From: Patescibacteria group bacterium
Lineage (GTDB): Bacteria; Patescibacteriota; Minisyncoccia; JACQLN01
Reading direction: 5' to 3'
DNA length: 64,000 nt
NCBI GenBank assembly: GCA_038065095.1
Contig: JBBTRR010000004.1
Location: 15,998 to 79,997, forward strand
The notes below the pieces were generated by a model, which had not been told where the DNA came from, did no database searches, and saw nothing but the letters and a program-made list of their open reading frames with translations. This document shows positions 19,654 to 28,639 of this stretch, one piece after another (within the stretch, counting starts at the first letter, position 1; every line of letters starts with the position of its first letter). The translations under genes were made by a program, and so were the position numbers.

Positions 19654-20220
19654 ATGGATAAAAATAGTTTTAATAAATTAGGTCCAACTAAAAAGAAAAT
19701 AATATTATTGCTTGCTGGGGGAGTAGGGCTTTCTTTGGCAGGCACGCCCAAGAAATATTTTGGTGTTATTAAAAGTGTAGCAGATGAATGGAATAAAATT
19801 AATGAGACGTCTCTTAAGCGGGCTATAAAGTCGCTTTATGAATCAAAATTGATAGAGGCTAGGGAACATGAAAATGGTTCTATGACTGTAGTTCTTTCGG
19901 AAAACGGCCGTAAAAAGGCCTTAACTTATAATATGGATACTATGGCCATTAAAAAACCCGCCATTTGGGATGGTAAATGGCGAATGGTTATGTTTGATAT
20001 TCCTAATAAAAGAAAAAAGGAAAGAGATGTATTGAGAAATATGCTAAAACAACTTGGGTTTATAAAATATCAAGAAAGCGCCTTTATTTTGCCTTACGAA
20101 TGCAAAAACGAGGTAGATTATGTGGTTGAATTCTTTAACCTCCGCCCGCACGTTAGGTTTTTAGAAATAAGTAAATTTGATGATGACTTAGCTTTAAAAA
20201 ACAGATTTGGGTTGGTTTAG
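19654..20220 (+). CDS. PaaX-like protein (wHTH plus Cas2/VapD-like domain)
   Basis: LSENGRK wing; WDGKWRMVMFDIP..RKKERDVLR..LK.LGF...Q.S. Confidence 0.85.
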   Translation: MDKNSFNKLGPTKKKIILLLAGGVGLSLAGTPKKYFGVIKSVADEWNKINETSLKRAIKSLYESKLIEAREHENGSMTVVLSENGRKKALTYNMDTMAIKKPAIWDGKWRMVMFDIPNKRKKERDVLRNMLKQLGFIKYQESAFILPYECKNEVDYVVEFFNLRPHVRFLEISKFDDDLALKNRFGLV

Positions 20221-20239
20221 TGGTCTAGGTTTTAACTAA

Positions 20240-20271
20240 TCTCATTTACTCGCTCGAGCGAGAAGATGAGA
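20240..20271. repeat. Palindrome copy 3 (downstream of the PaaX-like gene)
   Basis: TCTCATTTACTCGCTCGAGCGAGAAGATGAGA. Confidence 0.9.
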
Positions 20272-20292
20272 AGGGTATTAAAAATTATTTAA

Positions 20293-20321
20293 AACCTCCG
20301 AAGGGTTACCCTTCGGAGGTT
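20293..20321. repeat. Perfect 14-bp-arm palindrome (REP-like or terminator)
   Basis: AACCTCCGAAGGGT-T-ACCCTTCGGAGGTT between convergent genes. Confidence 0.75.
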
Positions 20322-20351
20322 GATGAGATTAATGGTTGAAATGAATATTTT

Positions 20352-20864
20352 TTACCAATCAGTATTCTCTAGAACTGTTTTAGCCAATGAAACAACTCTG
20401 CTGTCTTTATAATTTGGTTCAACTTTTTTTAGTAGTTTCTCTATAAGTTCTCTCCAATTACGCCTTCTTTGTGGGTCAGGACGCATATTTTCATCGTACA
20501 TTGTAGCTGTTTTATCAACTAATTTTAGTAATTGAACCAAAGAAGATTTTTTATCTATATCTATTTCTTCTTCCCATGTTTCGTGAGTCATTTCTTGAAC
20601 TATCTTGGCGACTTCTGGCTCCACCCACTCTGGAAGTTTTAGGCTCGTATCCTCAAGGACGTCGTGTAGCAAAAGAGCTTGGTAACCAATGCGACGCTCT
20701 TCGTACGGTATACGAGTATCGTTTAATAAAACCATTGCGCACCAAATTGGATGAACAACAAAAGGAACTTTACCGTCCTGTCTAAAATCTTTTTTTATAC
20801 AATGTTCTTGGTGTGCACTGTAAACAAAGTCTAAAAGCTTTTTAAATTCTTTTGGTTGTATCAT
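20352..20864 (-). CDS. HD-domain protein, small alarmone hydrolase (Mesh1/SpoT-HD)-like
   Basis: AH...R.DGKVPFVVHP...ALLLHDVLEDT...LKLVDK. Confidence 0.8.
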   Translation of the reverse strand: MIQPKEFKKLLDFVYSAHQEHCIKKDFRQDGKVPFVVHPIWCAMVLLNDTRIPYEERRIGYQALLLHDVLEDTSLKLPEWVEPEVAKIVQEMTHETWEEEIDIDKKSSLVQLLKLVDKTATMYDENMRPDPQRRRNWRELIEKLLKKVEPNYKDSRVVSLAKTVLENTDW

Positions 20865-20874
20865 GTAAAATATT

Positions 20875-21366
20875 TTAAAGAATGACTTCTTTGAAACGTT
20901 CTAGTATTTTTTGAGGGTCAGAAACCTTTATTAACTCCAAAGCACCTTGCAAATCCCATAACCTTTTTTGGCCTCTTTCTGGGTGACGAAAAGTCGCACT
21001 GAGTTTTCTTAGTAACATGTCCTCAGCGGTCATAACATTAATAGTTTTATCACCTACTTCTTTTTCTGTTGAGTTATACTTTTTTAGAGTTGTGGGATCA
21101 AGAATAAGATCTAAAATTGTTTCTTCTTTTTTTAGTGTAACAATTAGTACAGTTTTCTTCAATTGATTTCTATTTATCTCCACCCAGCCATTATTGATAA
21201 AGTGTTTTAACCACGAATTTAGCTGTATTTCGTTGTCTAAGGTAACATCAAAGTCGTCTGAATAGGGAAAATTAGGAACGTGTAAGCTCAAGCCATAACT
21301 TCCTATAACAACGTAGTCTTTTTGGGTGGAAATAAAATCTATTATTTCTAAAAAGGTTATTTTCAT
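20875..21366 (-). CDS. Nucleotidyltransferase-family protein
   Basis: VVIGSYGL..H....SDDFDV; EDMLLRK...R....D. Confidence 0.7.
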   Translation of the reverse strand: MKITFLEIIDFISTQKDYVVIGSYGLSLHVPNFPYSDDFDVTLDNEIQLNSWLKHFINNGWVEINRNQLKKTVLIVTLKKEETILDLILDPTTLKKYNSTEKEVGDKTINVMTAEDMLLRKLSATFRHPERGQKRLWDLQGALELIKVSDPQKILERFKEVIL

Positions 21367-21373
21367 ATATTTG

Positions 21374-21447
21374 TGGGCGTGCTAGGACTCGAACCTAGAA
21401 CCGCAGAGGTATAAGCTCTGTGCTCTAACCAATTGAGCTACACGCCC
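21374..21447 (-). tRNA. tRNA-Ile (anticodon UAU)
   Basis: GGGCGTGTAGCTCAATTGGTTAGAGCA-CAGAG CT TAT AC CTCTG-...GGTTCGAGTCC...CACGCCCA. Confidence 0.95.
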
Positions 21448-21505
21448 TACTTCGCTCCTTCGGAGCTATGTAGGGCAAGCCCCTACATATGAATTCACTT
21501 TAACT

Positions 21506-21538
21506 AAAAATCCCTCCTTATTCAAGGAGGGATTTTTT
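21506..21538 (-). terminator. Intrinsic terminator after ftsH
   Basis: AAAAATCCCTCCTT-loop-AAGGAGGGATTTTT. Confidence 0.8.
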
Positions 21539-21547
21539 ACTGTTCTT

Positions 21548-23383
21548 TTATGCTACTGATCCCGATATCCGCATACTTTTCATCAACTCTTCAAATTCGG
21601 TTTGTTCAATAGTTTCTTTTTCTATAAGCACAGAGGCGATTTTGTTTAAGGCGTTTCTTTTTTCTTTAACAATTTTCATAGCAGTCTTATAGGCTCTATC
21701 TATAAAGCTGGAAACTTCTTCGTCTATTCTTGTGGCCACACTTTCGGAATAATTTCTATTTTCGCCCATTTCTTTGCCCAAAAACACTAATTTTTCTCTT
21801 TCACCAAAAGTTACCGGACCCATTTTTTCCGACATACCATATTCGGTTACAATTCTTCGAGCTAAATCGGAAGCAGTTTTTAAGTCGGAATGTGGGCCAG
21901 TGGTAACATCGCCAAAGACTGTTTTTTCGGCAGCGTAGCCACCAAGTAACGTAGCCAGCTCGTCTATAAACTTGTTTTTAGAATAAAAATTTATTTCTTC
22001 TGTCGGCAATTTTAGTGTATAGCCTCCAGCTCGTCCGCGTGAAATTATAGAAATTTTATGAACGGCATCCGCATTAGAAAGGGAAGCGGCTACTAAGGCG
22101 TGGCCGGCTTCGTGGAAGGCTACAATTTCTTTTTCTTTGGCAGAATAAACCTTACTGCGTCTTTCGGGGCCCATCATAACTTTTTCTATGGATTCGGTAA
22201 GTTCGGTTTGGGTAATTTCTTTTTGATTTTTACGAGCTGCCGAAATAGCGCCTTCATTCATCAAGTTAGCCAAATCGGCACCACTAAAACCTGGGGTTCG
22301 TTCCGCAATCTTTCGTAAAACAACATTAGCAGACAAAGGTTTACCTTCGGAATGTATCTTTAAAATTTCCTCACGATTTTTAATATCTGGCTCGTCTATA
22401 ATTACGCGCCTGTCAAACCTGCCTGGGCGCAATAAAGCTGGGTCTAAAATATCTGGCCTATTAGTGGCGGCTATAACAATAACGTTGGTGTCTCTATCAA
22501 AACCATCCATTTCTACCAGTATTTGGTTTAAGGTTTGTTCGCGTTCGTCGTGGCCTCCACCCATACCCGAACCGCGGTGTCGGCCTACAGCGTCAATTTC
22601 GTCTATAAAAACAATGGCAGGTGCCTGTTTTTTGGCATTGCTAAATAAATCTCTAACCCTAGAAGCGCCAACACCCACAAACATTTCCACAAATTCTGAA
22701 CCAGAAATATGAAAAAAAGGCACGTTAGCTTCGCCAGCCACCGCACGGGCGAGCAAGGTTTTGCCTGTGCCAGGCGAGCCTATTAAAATTACACCCCTAG
22801 GAATTTTGGCGCCCATACCCAAAAACTTGGCTGGGCTTTTTAAAAATTCCACAACTTCTTTTAATTCTTCTTTAGCTTCATCGGCGCCGGCCACATTTTT
22901 AAAAGTTATTTTTTCTTTATTGGCATCAAATAACTTGGCTTTAGAAGCGCCAAAATTAAAGGCCTGCATTTGGCCGCCTTTGGCTTGGCGAAACATAAAG
23001 TAAAAGAAAAGTAAGATTAAAATAAACGGCAGTATTGTGGGTAAAATATTTATTAAAAAGTAACTTAAACCGCTCTCGGTTTTAACCTGAATATTTATTT
23101 TCTTTATATTATCGTCACTTATGCCTAAGTTTTTTAAACTTTCTAAAAATGAACCAGAGGCTTCTTTATAGGTAACTGCTTTAGACTCATCGGTTAGGGT
23201 AAGCTCAACTTTGTCTCCAGAGATTAGAGCGGTTTTAATCTCGCCCGATTTAGCTTTTAGGGCTAGATCGGAAAGGGAAATAACATTTTCTTTAGCAAAA
23301 AAACCACTGGCTCCTGAAAATAGGGATACCAAAACCATAAAAATTACCAAAGCAAAAAGTATATTTTTTAACACATCTTTCAT
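21548..23383 (-). CDS. ftsH: ATP-dependent Zn metalloprotease FtsH
   Basis: Two TMs, [39 protein letters not shown]; ATG at 23383 preferred. Confidence 0.98.
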   Translation of the reverse strand: MKDVLKNILFALVIFMVLVSLFSGASGFFAKENVISLSDLALKAKSGEIKTALISGDKVELTLTDESKAVTYKEASGSFLESLKNLGISDDNIKKINIQVKTESGLSYFLINILPTILPFILILLFFYFMFRQAKGGQMQAFNFGASKAKLFDANKEKITFKNVAGADEAKEELKEVVEFLKSPAKFLGMGAKIPRGVILIGSPGTGKTLLARAVAGEANVPFFHISGSEFVEMFVGVGASRVRDLFSNAKKQAPAIVFIDEIDAVGRHRGSGMGGGHDEREQTLNQILVEMDGFDRDTNVIVIAATNRPDILDPALLRPGRFDRRVIIDEPDIKNREEILKIHSEGKPLSANVVLRKIAERTPGFSGADLANLMNEGAISAARKNQKEITQTELTESIEKVMMGPERRSKVYSAKEKEIVAFHEAGHALVAASLSNADAVHKISIISRGRAGGYTLKLPTEEINFYSKNKFIDELATLLGGYAAEKTVFGDVTTGPHSDLKTASDLARRIVTEYGMSEKMGPVTFGEREKLVFLGKEMGENRNYSESVATRIDEEVSSFIDRAYKTAMKIVKEKRNALNKIASVLIEKETIEQTEFEELMKSMRISGSVA

Positions 23384-23496
23384 AGAAATATAAAAAATCA
23401 AATATCAAACATAAAAAATCTTGAATTAGTTTTTTATATTTTATTTTTGATACTTAATTTAAAACTTGTTAAGTCTAACACATTGAATATAAGATG

Positions 23497-24648
23497 TCAA
23501 CTCTGGATAGAGTTTTCAGTGTTTTCGCTGGTTTTAAACTCAAAAGCTGGTTGTAAGGCTAGTTTGTATTCTTTTGGTTCCAAGGTGGAAACCTTAAAAG
23601 GATAGGTTTTTCCTATCTCCATAGCAGCCGCCATATCTTTGTAGGTTTTAAATTCTGAAATATGAGCTAAGCCTTGAATTTCTGAATCTAGCTTAACGAA
23701 AGCACCAAAAGGGTTAAATTTAACAACTGTACCCTCAACCACATCCCCCTTTTTATATTTGTTTTCAACTTCATTCCAAGGATTTGGCTTTAAAGCTTTT
23801 AAGGAGAGGGATATTTTGTCGCCTTCAACAGAAATAACCTTGGCTTCCATTTTATCGCCTATTTTTAAAACGTCGCTAGGTTTTTCTACCAATTGCCAGC
23901 CTATTTCCGAAATATGTATTAAGCCCTCAATACCATTAAATGTAACAAAAGCTCCAAAATCAACTAAACCAGATATTTCTCCTTCCACAACATCACCTAG
24001 GTTATAGCCAGAAAGTTTAGCCTCCATTTCTTTAGATATTTTAGCTTTTTCTGAAAGTATGATCTTTTGGTTTCTTTGATCAAAGTCTATAACTTTAACT
24101 AAAATTGTTTGGCCAACAAATTTCTTAAGTATTTTTAATATTTCTTCTTTGTCTCCGCCTTCAACGTGGGGATAATTTTGGCTGGAAAGCTGAGAAACTG
24201 GCAAAAAAGCAGCGAGTCCTTCTACTTGGGCGGTTAAGCCTCCACGGTTAGCTCCGGTTATTTTAGCTTCTATAACTTCGCCACTATTTTTAAGATTCCT
24301 TATAACATCCCAAGATTGGTCCATGGTAGCTTGTATCAAAGACACTTCTACTAACCCATCTTTATTTTCTATTTCGGTTATTTTAACGTTTAAAACATCA
24401 TCTTTTTTAAGATCTTGGAAACTAGTGTTAAAAGATTCCATATCACTTTTATAGAGAACACCAGTTCTAAAGCCGGTTAAATCTAAATATATTCTATTTC
24501 GGCCTTTGTCTATGACTAGGCCTTGTAAGGTATCGCCCACCTTAGGTACTACAATATTTATGTTTTTTTCCAGAAGTAAGTCCTTCATGGATTGAACCTC
24601 TTTTGGAGAGGCTGTGGAGACGGAGGTGTTTGTTTCGTTAGTATTCAT
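23497..24648 (-). CDS. rpsA: 30S ribosomal protein S1 (4 S1 domains)
   Basis: Repeated S1 motifs NRGGL..AFLPVSQL, DFGAFV..EGLIHISE, PFGAFV..GLAHISE. Confidence 0.92.
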   Translation of the reverse strand: MNTNETNTSVSTASPKEVQSMKDLLLEKNINIVVPKVGDTLQGLVIDKGRNRIYLDLTGFRTGVLYKSDMESFNTSFQDLKKDDVLNVKITEIENKDGLVEVSLIQATMDQSWDVIRNLKNSGEVIEAKITGANRGGLTAQVEGLAAFLPVSQLSSQNYPHVEGGDKEEILKILKKFVGQTILVKVIDFDQRNQKIILSEKAKISKEMEAKLSGYNLGDVVEGEISGLVDFGAFVTFNGIEGLIHISEIGWQLVEKPSDVLKIGDKMEAKVISVEGDKISLSLKALKPNPWNEVENKYKKGDVVEGTVVKFNPFGAFVKLDSEIQGLAHISEFKTYKDMAAAMEIGKTYPFKVSTLEPKEYKLALQPAFEFKTSENTENSIQS

Positions 24649-24690
24649 ATTTTGTGTAGAAACTATAACAGAATAGGCTAACTACATCAA

Positions 24691-24740
24691 CCCCGTTAGA
24701 GACAGAGGGTCGCTACGAGTCCTCGCGGTCTCTAACGGGG
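24691..24740. mobile_element. Empty MITE-like element CCCCGTTAGAGAC...GTCTCTAACGGGG with TCAA on both sides
   Basis: 13-14 bp terminal IR; TCAA at 24687-24690 and 24741-24744. Confidence 0.7.
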
Positions 24741-24782
24741 TCAAGTTTTGAGAAGAAAGATAGATATGGTAATATATTTTTT

Positions 24783-25004
24783 ATGAATGGGACTATAATC
24801 AAAAATAAAGAAGTAACGCCTTTGGGTATTAGTAAAATTCGCCGATTGTTTAGTGTTGGGTCAGAAATCACCGAACTAGCAGAGGAGGTTTTAGAAGAAT
24901 TAGGGGAATATAAACAAGAGTTTATGTTAGGATTGGAGAAGTCTGTTAAAGAGTTCAAAAGCGGAAAGCTTAAAAAGATTAAGTCGTTAAAGGACCTTAG
25001 ATAG
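24783..25004 (+). CDS. Putative antitoxin
   Basis: Small ORF before a RelE gene; C-terminus EFKSGKLKKIKSLKDL is typical of such antitoxins. Confidence 0.75.
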   Translation: MNGTIIKNKEVTPLGISKIRRLFSVGSEITELAEEVLEELGEYKQEFMLGLEKSVKEFKSGKLKKIKSLKDLR

Positions 25005-25020
25005 GTTCTTTTTTGATTAT

Positions 25021-25284
25021 ATGAGGAATATTTTTATAACCCCACAATTTAAAAAAGATTTATCTGAAGTTTATAAAAATATTTTTGTTAAGGCTGATAC
25101 AGTTTTATTTATATTAAAGTTAAATCCAATAGATTTTTCGCTTAAACCTAAAAAATTAAAAATTGGTAAAAATTTATGGCGGGTCAGGGTCGGCACTCAT
25201 CGTTTAGTTTATTCATTCAATAAGGATTCTTTAATACTTTTGAGAATTCGCCACCGCAAAGATGTTTACAGAGGTCTAAAATAA
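25021..25284 (+). CDS. RelE/ParE-family toxin
   Basis: TPQFKKDL...KKL...LWRVRVGTHRLVY...IRHRKDVYR. Confidence 0.88.
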   Translation: MRNIFITPQFKKDLSEVYKNIFVKADTVLFILKLNPIDFSLKPKKLKIGKNLWRVRVGTHRLVYSFNKDSLILLRIRHRKDVYRGLK

Positions 25285-25288
25285 AAAT

Positions 25289-25313
25289 TCCCCCGACGCT
25301 TAGCGTCGGGGGA
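25289..25313. repeat. CCCCGACGC-loop-GCGTCGGGG hairpin family (also 26230-26250, 27449-27470, 37934-37958, 40979-41016)
   Basis: Five related hairpins, each just 3' of a gene; probably terminators or REP-like. Confidence 0.8.
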
Positions 25314-25334
25314 TAGTGTGAATACGGCTTGGAT

Positions 25335-25769
25335 TTAATGACCTTCTAAAAATTTTAGAATATAATCAATGTATTTATGATAATCCCTTAAGCAATCATT
25401 AATAGAAGCATATACTTTTTCGTAATCTATTTTATCGTATTCATGCACTAAAAGATTTCTAGTGCCGATGCTTTTGGCGATTTCTTGGGCAAACTCTTTA
25501 GGGTAGATGTCTAAATCCGAAAGCCTTAAAAATGTTTCTCGGTAATCTTTAGGAGGCATGGTGTTTGCGGTGGCAAGTTCGGCAATAAGGTGTTCGTTGA
25601 TGTCTATAGCCCGCGAGATTGTTCGTTCCAAGAGCCGTTCTACCGTAGCTTGTTTTAAAAAATCTCCCACAATTTCTTCAATGGAAAAATTAGATAATTG
25701 AGCGAGTTTGCTCAAATCATCCTGAATAAGAGATATTTTTCTCTGAATTAAATCTTTTTTAAACATCAA
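25335..25769 (-). CDS. HepT-like HEPN RNase toxin (DUF86)
   Basis: RNLLVHEY (Rx4H) motif. Confidence 0.92.
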   Translation of the reverse strand: MMFKKDLIQRKISLIQDDLSKLAQLSNFSIEEIVGDFLKQATVERLLERTISRAIDINEHLIAELATANTMPPKDYRETFLRLSDLDIYPKEFAQEIAKSIGTRNLLVHEYDKIDYEKVYASINDCLRDYHKYIDYILKFLEGH

Positions 25770-25770
25770 A

Positions 25771-26193
25771 TTATATAGCTAGAGCCTCTTGCCTCTTTTT
25801 TATAATTAACGATTCCAAATCACGTAATGACTGGCTGTCTATATAGTCTTTGAAAGCGAAGATACGATAGTCTTGGTAAGAAGTTTCATCACCGTAAAGC
25901 AAGATTCCGTTTTGGGTGGCTTCATAACGTAAAAGTATATTAGCTGGCGACAAATCTACCAGATCTATTTTTCTAAAGCCCGATGACAAAGCGTCCGGTA
26001 GTTCGCTACTGATGTTTAAGAAGGATTTATAATCAAGTAAACTATGGTTTTTCCGCAAAACCGCTATGTCTATGTCGCTGGAATCCTTCATTAAACCAGA
26101 AGCCGCACTACCAAAAACCACCACAAACTTCAGGTTGTAGTTTTGGGCGATTTTTTCCACTTGCAGTTTGCTATCCTTTATATTCAACATCAT
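25771..26193 (-). CDS. MntA-like minimal nucleotidyltransferase antitoxin
   Basis: FGSAASG....SDIDIAV, IDLVDL, G.LLYG. Confidence 0.92.
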   Translation of the reverse strand: MMLNIKDSKLQVEKIAQNYNLKFVVVFGSAASGLMKDSSDIDIAVLRKNHSLLDYKSFLNISSELPDALSSGFRKIDLVDLSPANILLRYEATQNGILLYGDETSYQDYRIFAFKDYIDSQSLRDLESLIIKKRQEALAI

Positions 26194-26263
26194 GGCATTA
26201 TCTTAACTAAATTTACAGAATAAAAAAAGCCCCGACGCAATGCGTCGGGGGTAAGATAAAATT

Positions 26264-26855
26264 CTATTTTTGCAATCTTAGGCTACTCGGTAGCTCTATT
26301 AGTCCCTGCCCTTTTCTTTCTGGCCATTTTGGACCAGCCTCTCTTTCCTTCTTGGCATTTTTACGGTCGCGGAATTTTTGGGCGAGCCAGAAAAATGGCC
26401 AGCTGACCACTTTAATTCCCGCGCTGTCTCCGCCGTCTACCACAATCGGTTTGCCGAACCAGAGGCCGACGAGGGTTGTGAGAAATCCGACAATGGCATA
26501 GGAAGTAAAACATGCCCTATTAAGGTAGGATGTTAAATCTAAGAGGTCTTGATACATACTTTCCTTGATGACCAACAAAGTAGATGTCGCATCTGCTACA
26601 AATAACAGCATTATGCCTATGATTGTGCCAAATAAGACAGCAGGTACATTCGATCTCTCGGATTTTTCATAGCGTATCTTAGCAGTCAAAATCGCTGACA
26701 GTGTTAAAGTGGCGGAGCAGACTAGCCAAATGAACACGTTGCTTGGTATGGCGGGATGGTAATAGGACAAAGTCCATCTGTCATTGGCTAACGACGACCA
26801 CAAAGTCTGGCCGAGATCGACAAGGATGAACGAGAAGCCAAGCTAACTTTTTCAT
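26264..26855 (-). pseudogene. ORFan membrane protein with an apparent 1-nt frameshift near its start
   Basis: AGGAG RBS plus ATG at 26855 (MKKLAWLL) is out of frame with the long 3-TM frame (..ILVDLGQTLWSSLANDRW..). Confidence 0.5.
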
Positions 26856-26967
26856 AGGATTCTCCTACGTTTAGAGTTTTAGAAAGTGCTAATATTAATT
26901 CTAGCCATTTAGATAATATATTGTCAATAGTGAGAAAAAAGGATGGGTGTGGTAAAGTTTTACCAAT

Positions 26968-27222
26968 ATGGAAACTTACACTTATCGTATTATTATAGAG
27001 TCCGATGAAAATGGCACTTTTCACGGCTATGTGCCAGCTTTGCGGGGTTGTCATACTTGGGGCAAGACCCTGGCAGCTACTAGGGAAAATATCAAGGACG
27101 CTATAGATGTTTATTTGCGTAGCTTGAGGGCTGACGGCGAGATTATACCGCAAGACAACGGCATTGAAATTTTAGAGACTGTTAAAATTTCTCCAATAAA
27201 AAAATCTCCAATCTATGCCTAA
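26968..27222 (+). CDS. hicB: HicB antitoxin
   Basis: YVPALRGCHTWGKTL....NIKDAI. Confidence 0.92.
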   Translation: METYTYRIIIESDENGTFHGYVPALRGCHTWGKTLAATRENIKDAIDVYLRSLRADGEIIPQDNGIEILETVKISPIKKSPIYA

Positions 27223-27445
27223 GTTGCCGGTTATCAGACATCAGCAACTCATCCGAGTTTTAAAGAAACTTGGTTTTTTTGAACACCCCGAGCGTGGCAG
27301 TTCTCATTTAGTTTTTAAAAATTCCGATGGAAGAGTAACTACTGTAGCGCGTCATTCTGGCGATTTTCCGCGAGGTACTCTGCGGAGTATTCTCCACGAT
27401 ATTAGAATTTCTCCAGAAGAATTTATAAAATTGCTCAAAAAATAA
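27215..27445 (+). CDS. hicA: HicA toxin
   Basis: LKKLGF.....SSH...H..D.PRGTLRSIL. Confidence 0.92.
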   Translation: MPKLPVIRHQQLIRVLKKLGFFEHPERGSSHLVFKNSDGRVTTVARHSGDFPRGTLRSILHDIRISPEEFIKLLKK

Positions 27446-27579
27446 AATCCCCGACGCGTGGCGTCTGGGGGTGTTTATTTTTATCAGGGTTTAGCCTTGT
27501 AAATTTGGTGTCAAGATAGCAGTTTGGGCATTGAATCAACAAAAAATGTGTGTTAAATTTATACGGTATTTAATTCCCA

Positions 27580-28179
27580 ATGAACATTTTTTGGTACGGA
27601 AAAAACTCTGTGGGTATTGATAGCGGCGAAAATTCGCTTGTGGCGAGTCCTTTGGATTTGGAAAAAGAATTAAAACCTGCCTCGTCGGCAGGCAAGTCGG
27701 CTAGGGGTGCTGATGTGGTTTTGGCATCTAAAGAAGGCGAGGCAGATAGAAATATAAAAACTAATTCTTTTTTAATAAATAACCCGGGCGAATACGATGT
27801 TAAAGGGTTTTTTGTTATGGGCTTTGGAGGTTTTGGCGAAAATATGGCTTATACAATAGAAACAGAGGGAGCAAGAGTTTGTCATTTATCTGGGTTAGAT
27901 AAAGAATTAACAGATGGGCAAATAGAAAGCCTTTCCGATATAGATATTTTGTTAATAGATATAGGTATCACTGAAGATTCTAATGAAATTGCTAGCAAAA
28001 TAGTTAATCAGATAGAACCAAGAATAGTTATTCCGATAGGTTATAATCCAGAAAAGAAAGCCTCGGTATTTTTTAAAGAAATGGGCGCTTCCGAAGTTGA
28101 ACCGCAGAACAAATTGAATATAAAGAAGAAAGATTTACCACAGGAAGAAACGAAGATGGTAGTGTTGAATGTGTCGTAG
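27580..28179 (+). CDS. MBL-fold metallo-hydrolase-like protein (degenerate)
   Basis: I.WYG, PGEYDVKG, HL, DILLI.IG, IEPRIVIP. Confidence 0.8.
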   Translation: MNIFWYGKNSVGIDSGENSLVASPLDLEKELKPASSAGKSARGADVVLASKEGEADRNIKTNSFLINNPGEYDVKGFFVMGFGGFGENMAYTIETEGARVCHLSGLDKELTDGQIESLSDIDILLIDIGITEDSNEIASKIVNQIEPRIVIPIGYNPEKKASVFFKEMGASEVEPQNKLNIKKKDLPQEETKMVVLNVS

Positions 28180-28286
28180 CTTATGCCAATATACGAATTT
28201 ATGCGAATGATACGAATGGAACAACGAATTTTATGATATTTGGTTAGTTATTAGTATAATTCGTATTCATTTGTAGATTTGCATAT

Positions 28287-28634
28287 ATGAGTTTATATAA
28301 TTTCGTTTACAATCTTCAAAGAAAAAATAATAAAACCAAAAAAAGGATTTTGATAGGGCTTTTGGTTGCCTCCTTTATAGTGTTGATGTTTTTTTGGGTC
28401 TTGATGTTTAAAAATCAATTACAAAAAATAGATTTATCACAAAAATCTGGGGCGACTAAATTATTGGGTGATGAAGAAAAAATTGTAAGCCCCTTAGCCG
28501 CATTGATCCAAGGTTTTAAAAGTTTAAAAGGTAGTGCGAGTAAAAAAATTAATGAATACGGAAATACGGTTTCAAATAACAAAGATATAGAATCGCAAAA
28601 AGTAAGAACAGTATACGAATTACCAGTAGAATAG
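28287..28634 (+). CDS. Small single-TM hypothetical protein
   Basis: 115 aa ORF in an operon before gyrA. Confidence 0.75.
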   Translation: MSLYNFVYNLQRKNNKTKKRILIGLLVASFIVLMFFWVLMFKNQLQKIDLSQKSGATKLLGDEEKIVSPLAALIQGFKSLKGSASKKINEYGNTVSNNKDIESQKVRTVYELPVE

Positions 28635-28639
28635 AAAAA

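Noticed and set aside
18892-20271. CRISPR-Cas interpretation of the Cas2-like gene and its repeats
   Set aside because: The repeats are 630-720 bp apart with genes between them; there are no spacers, cas1 or effector genes.
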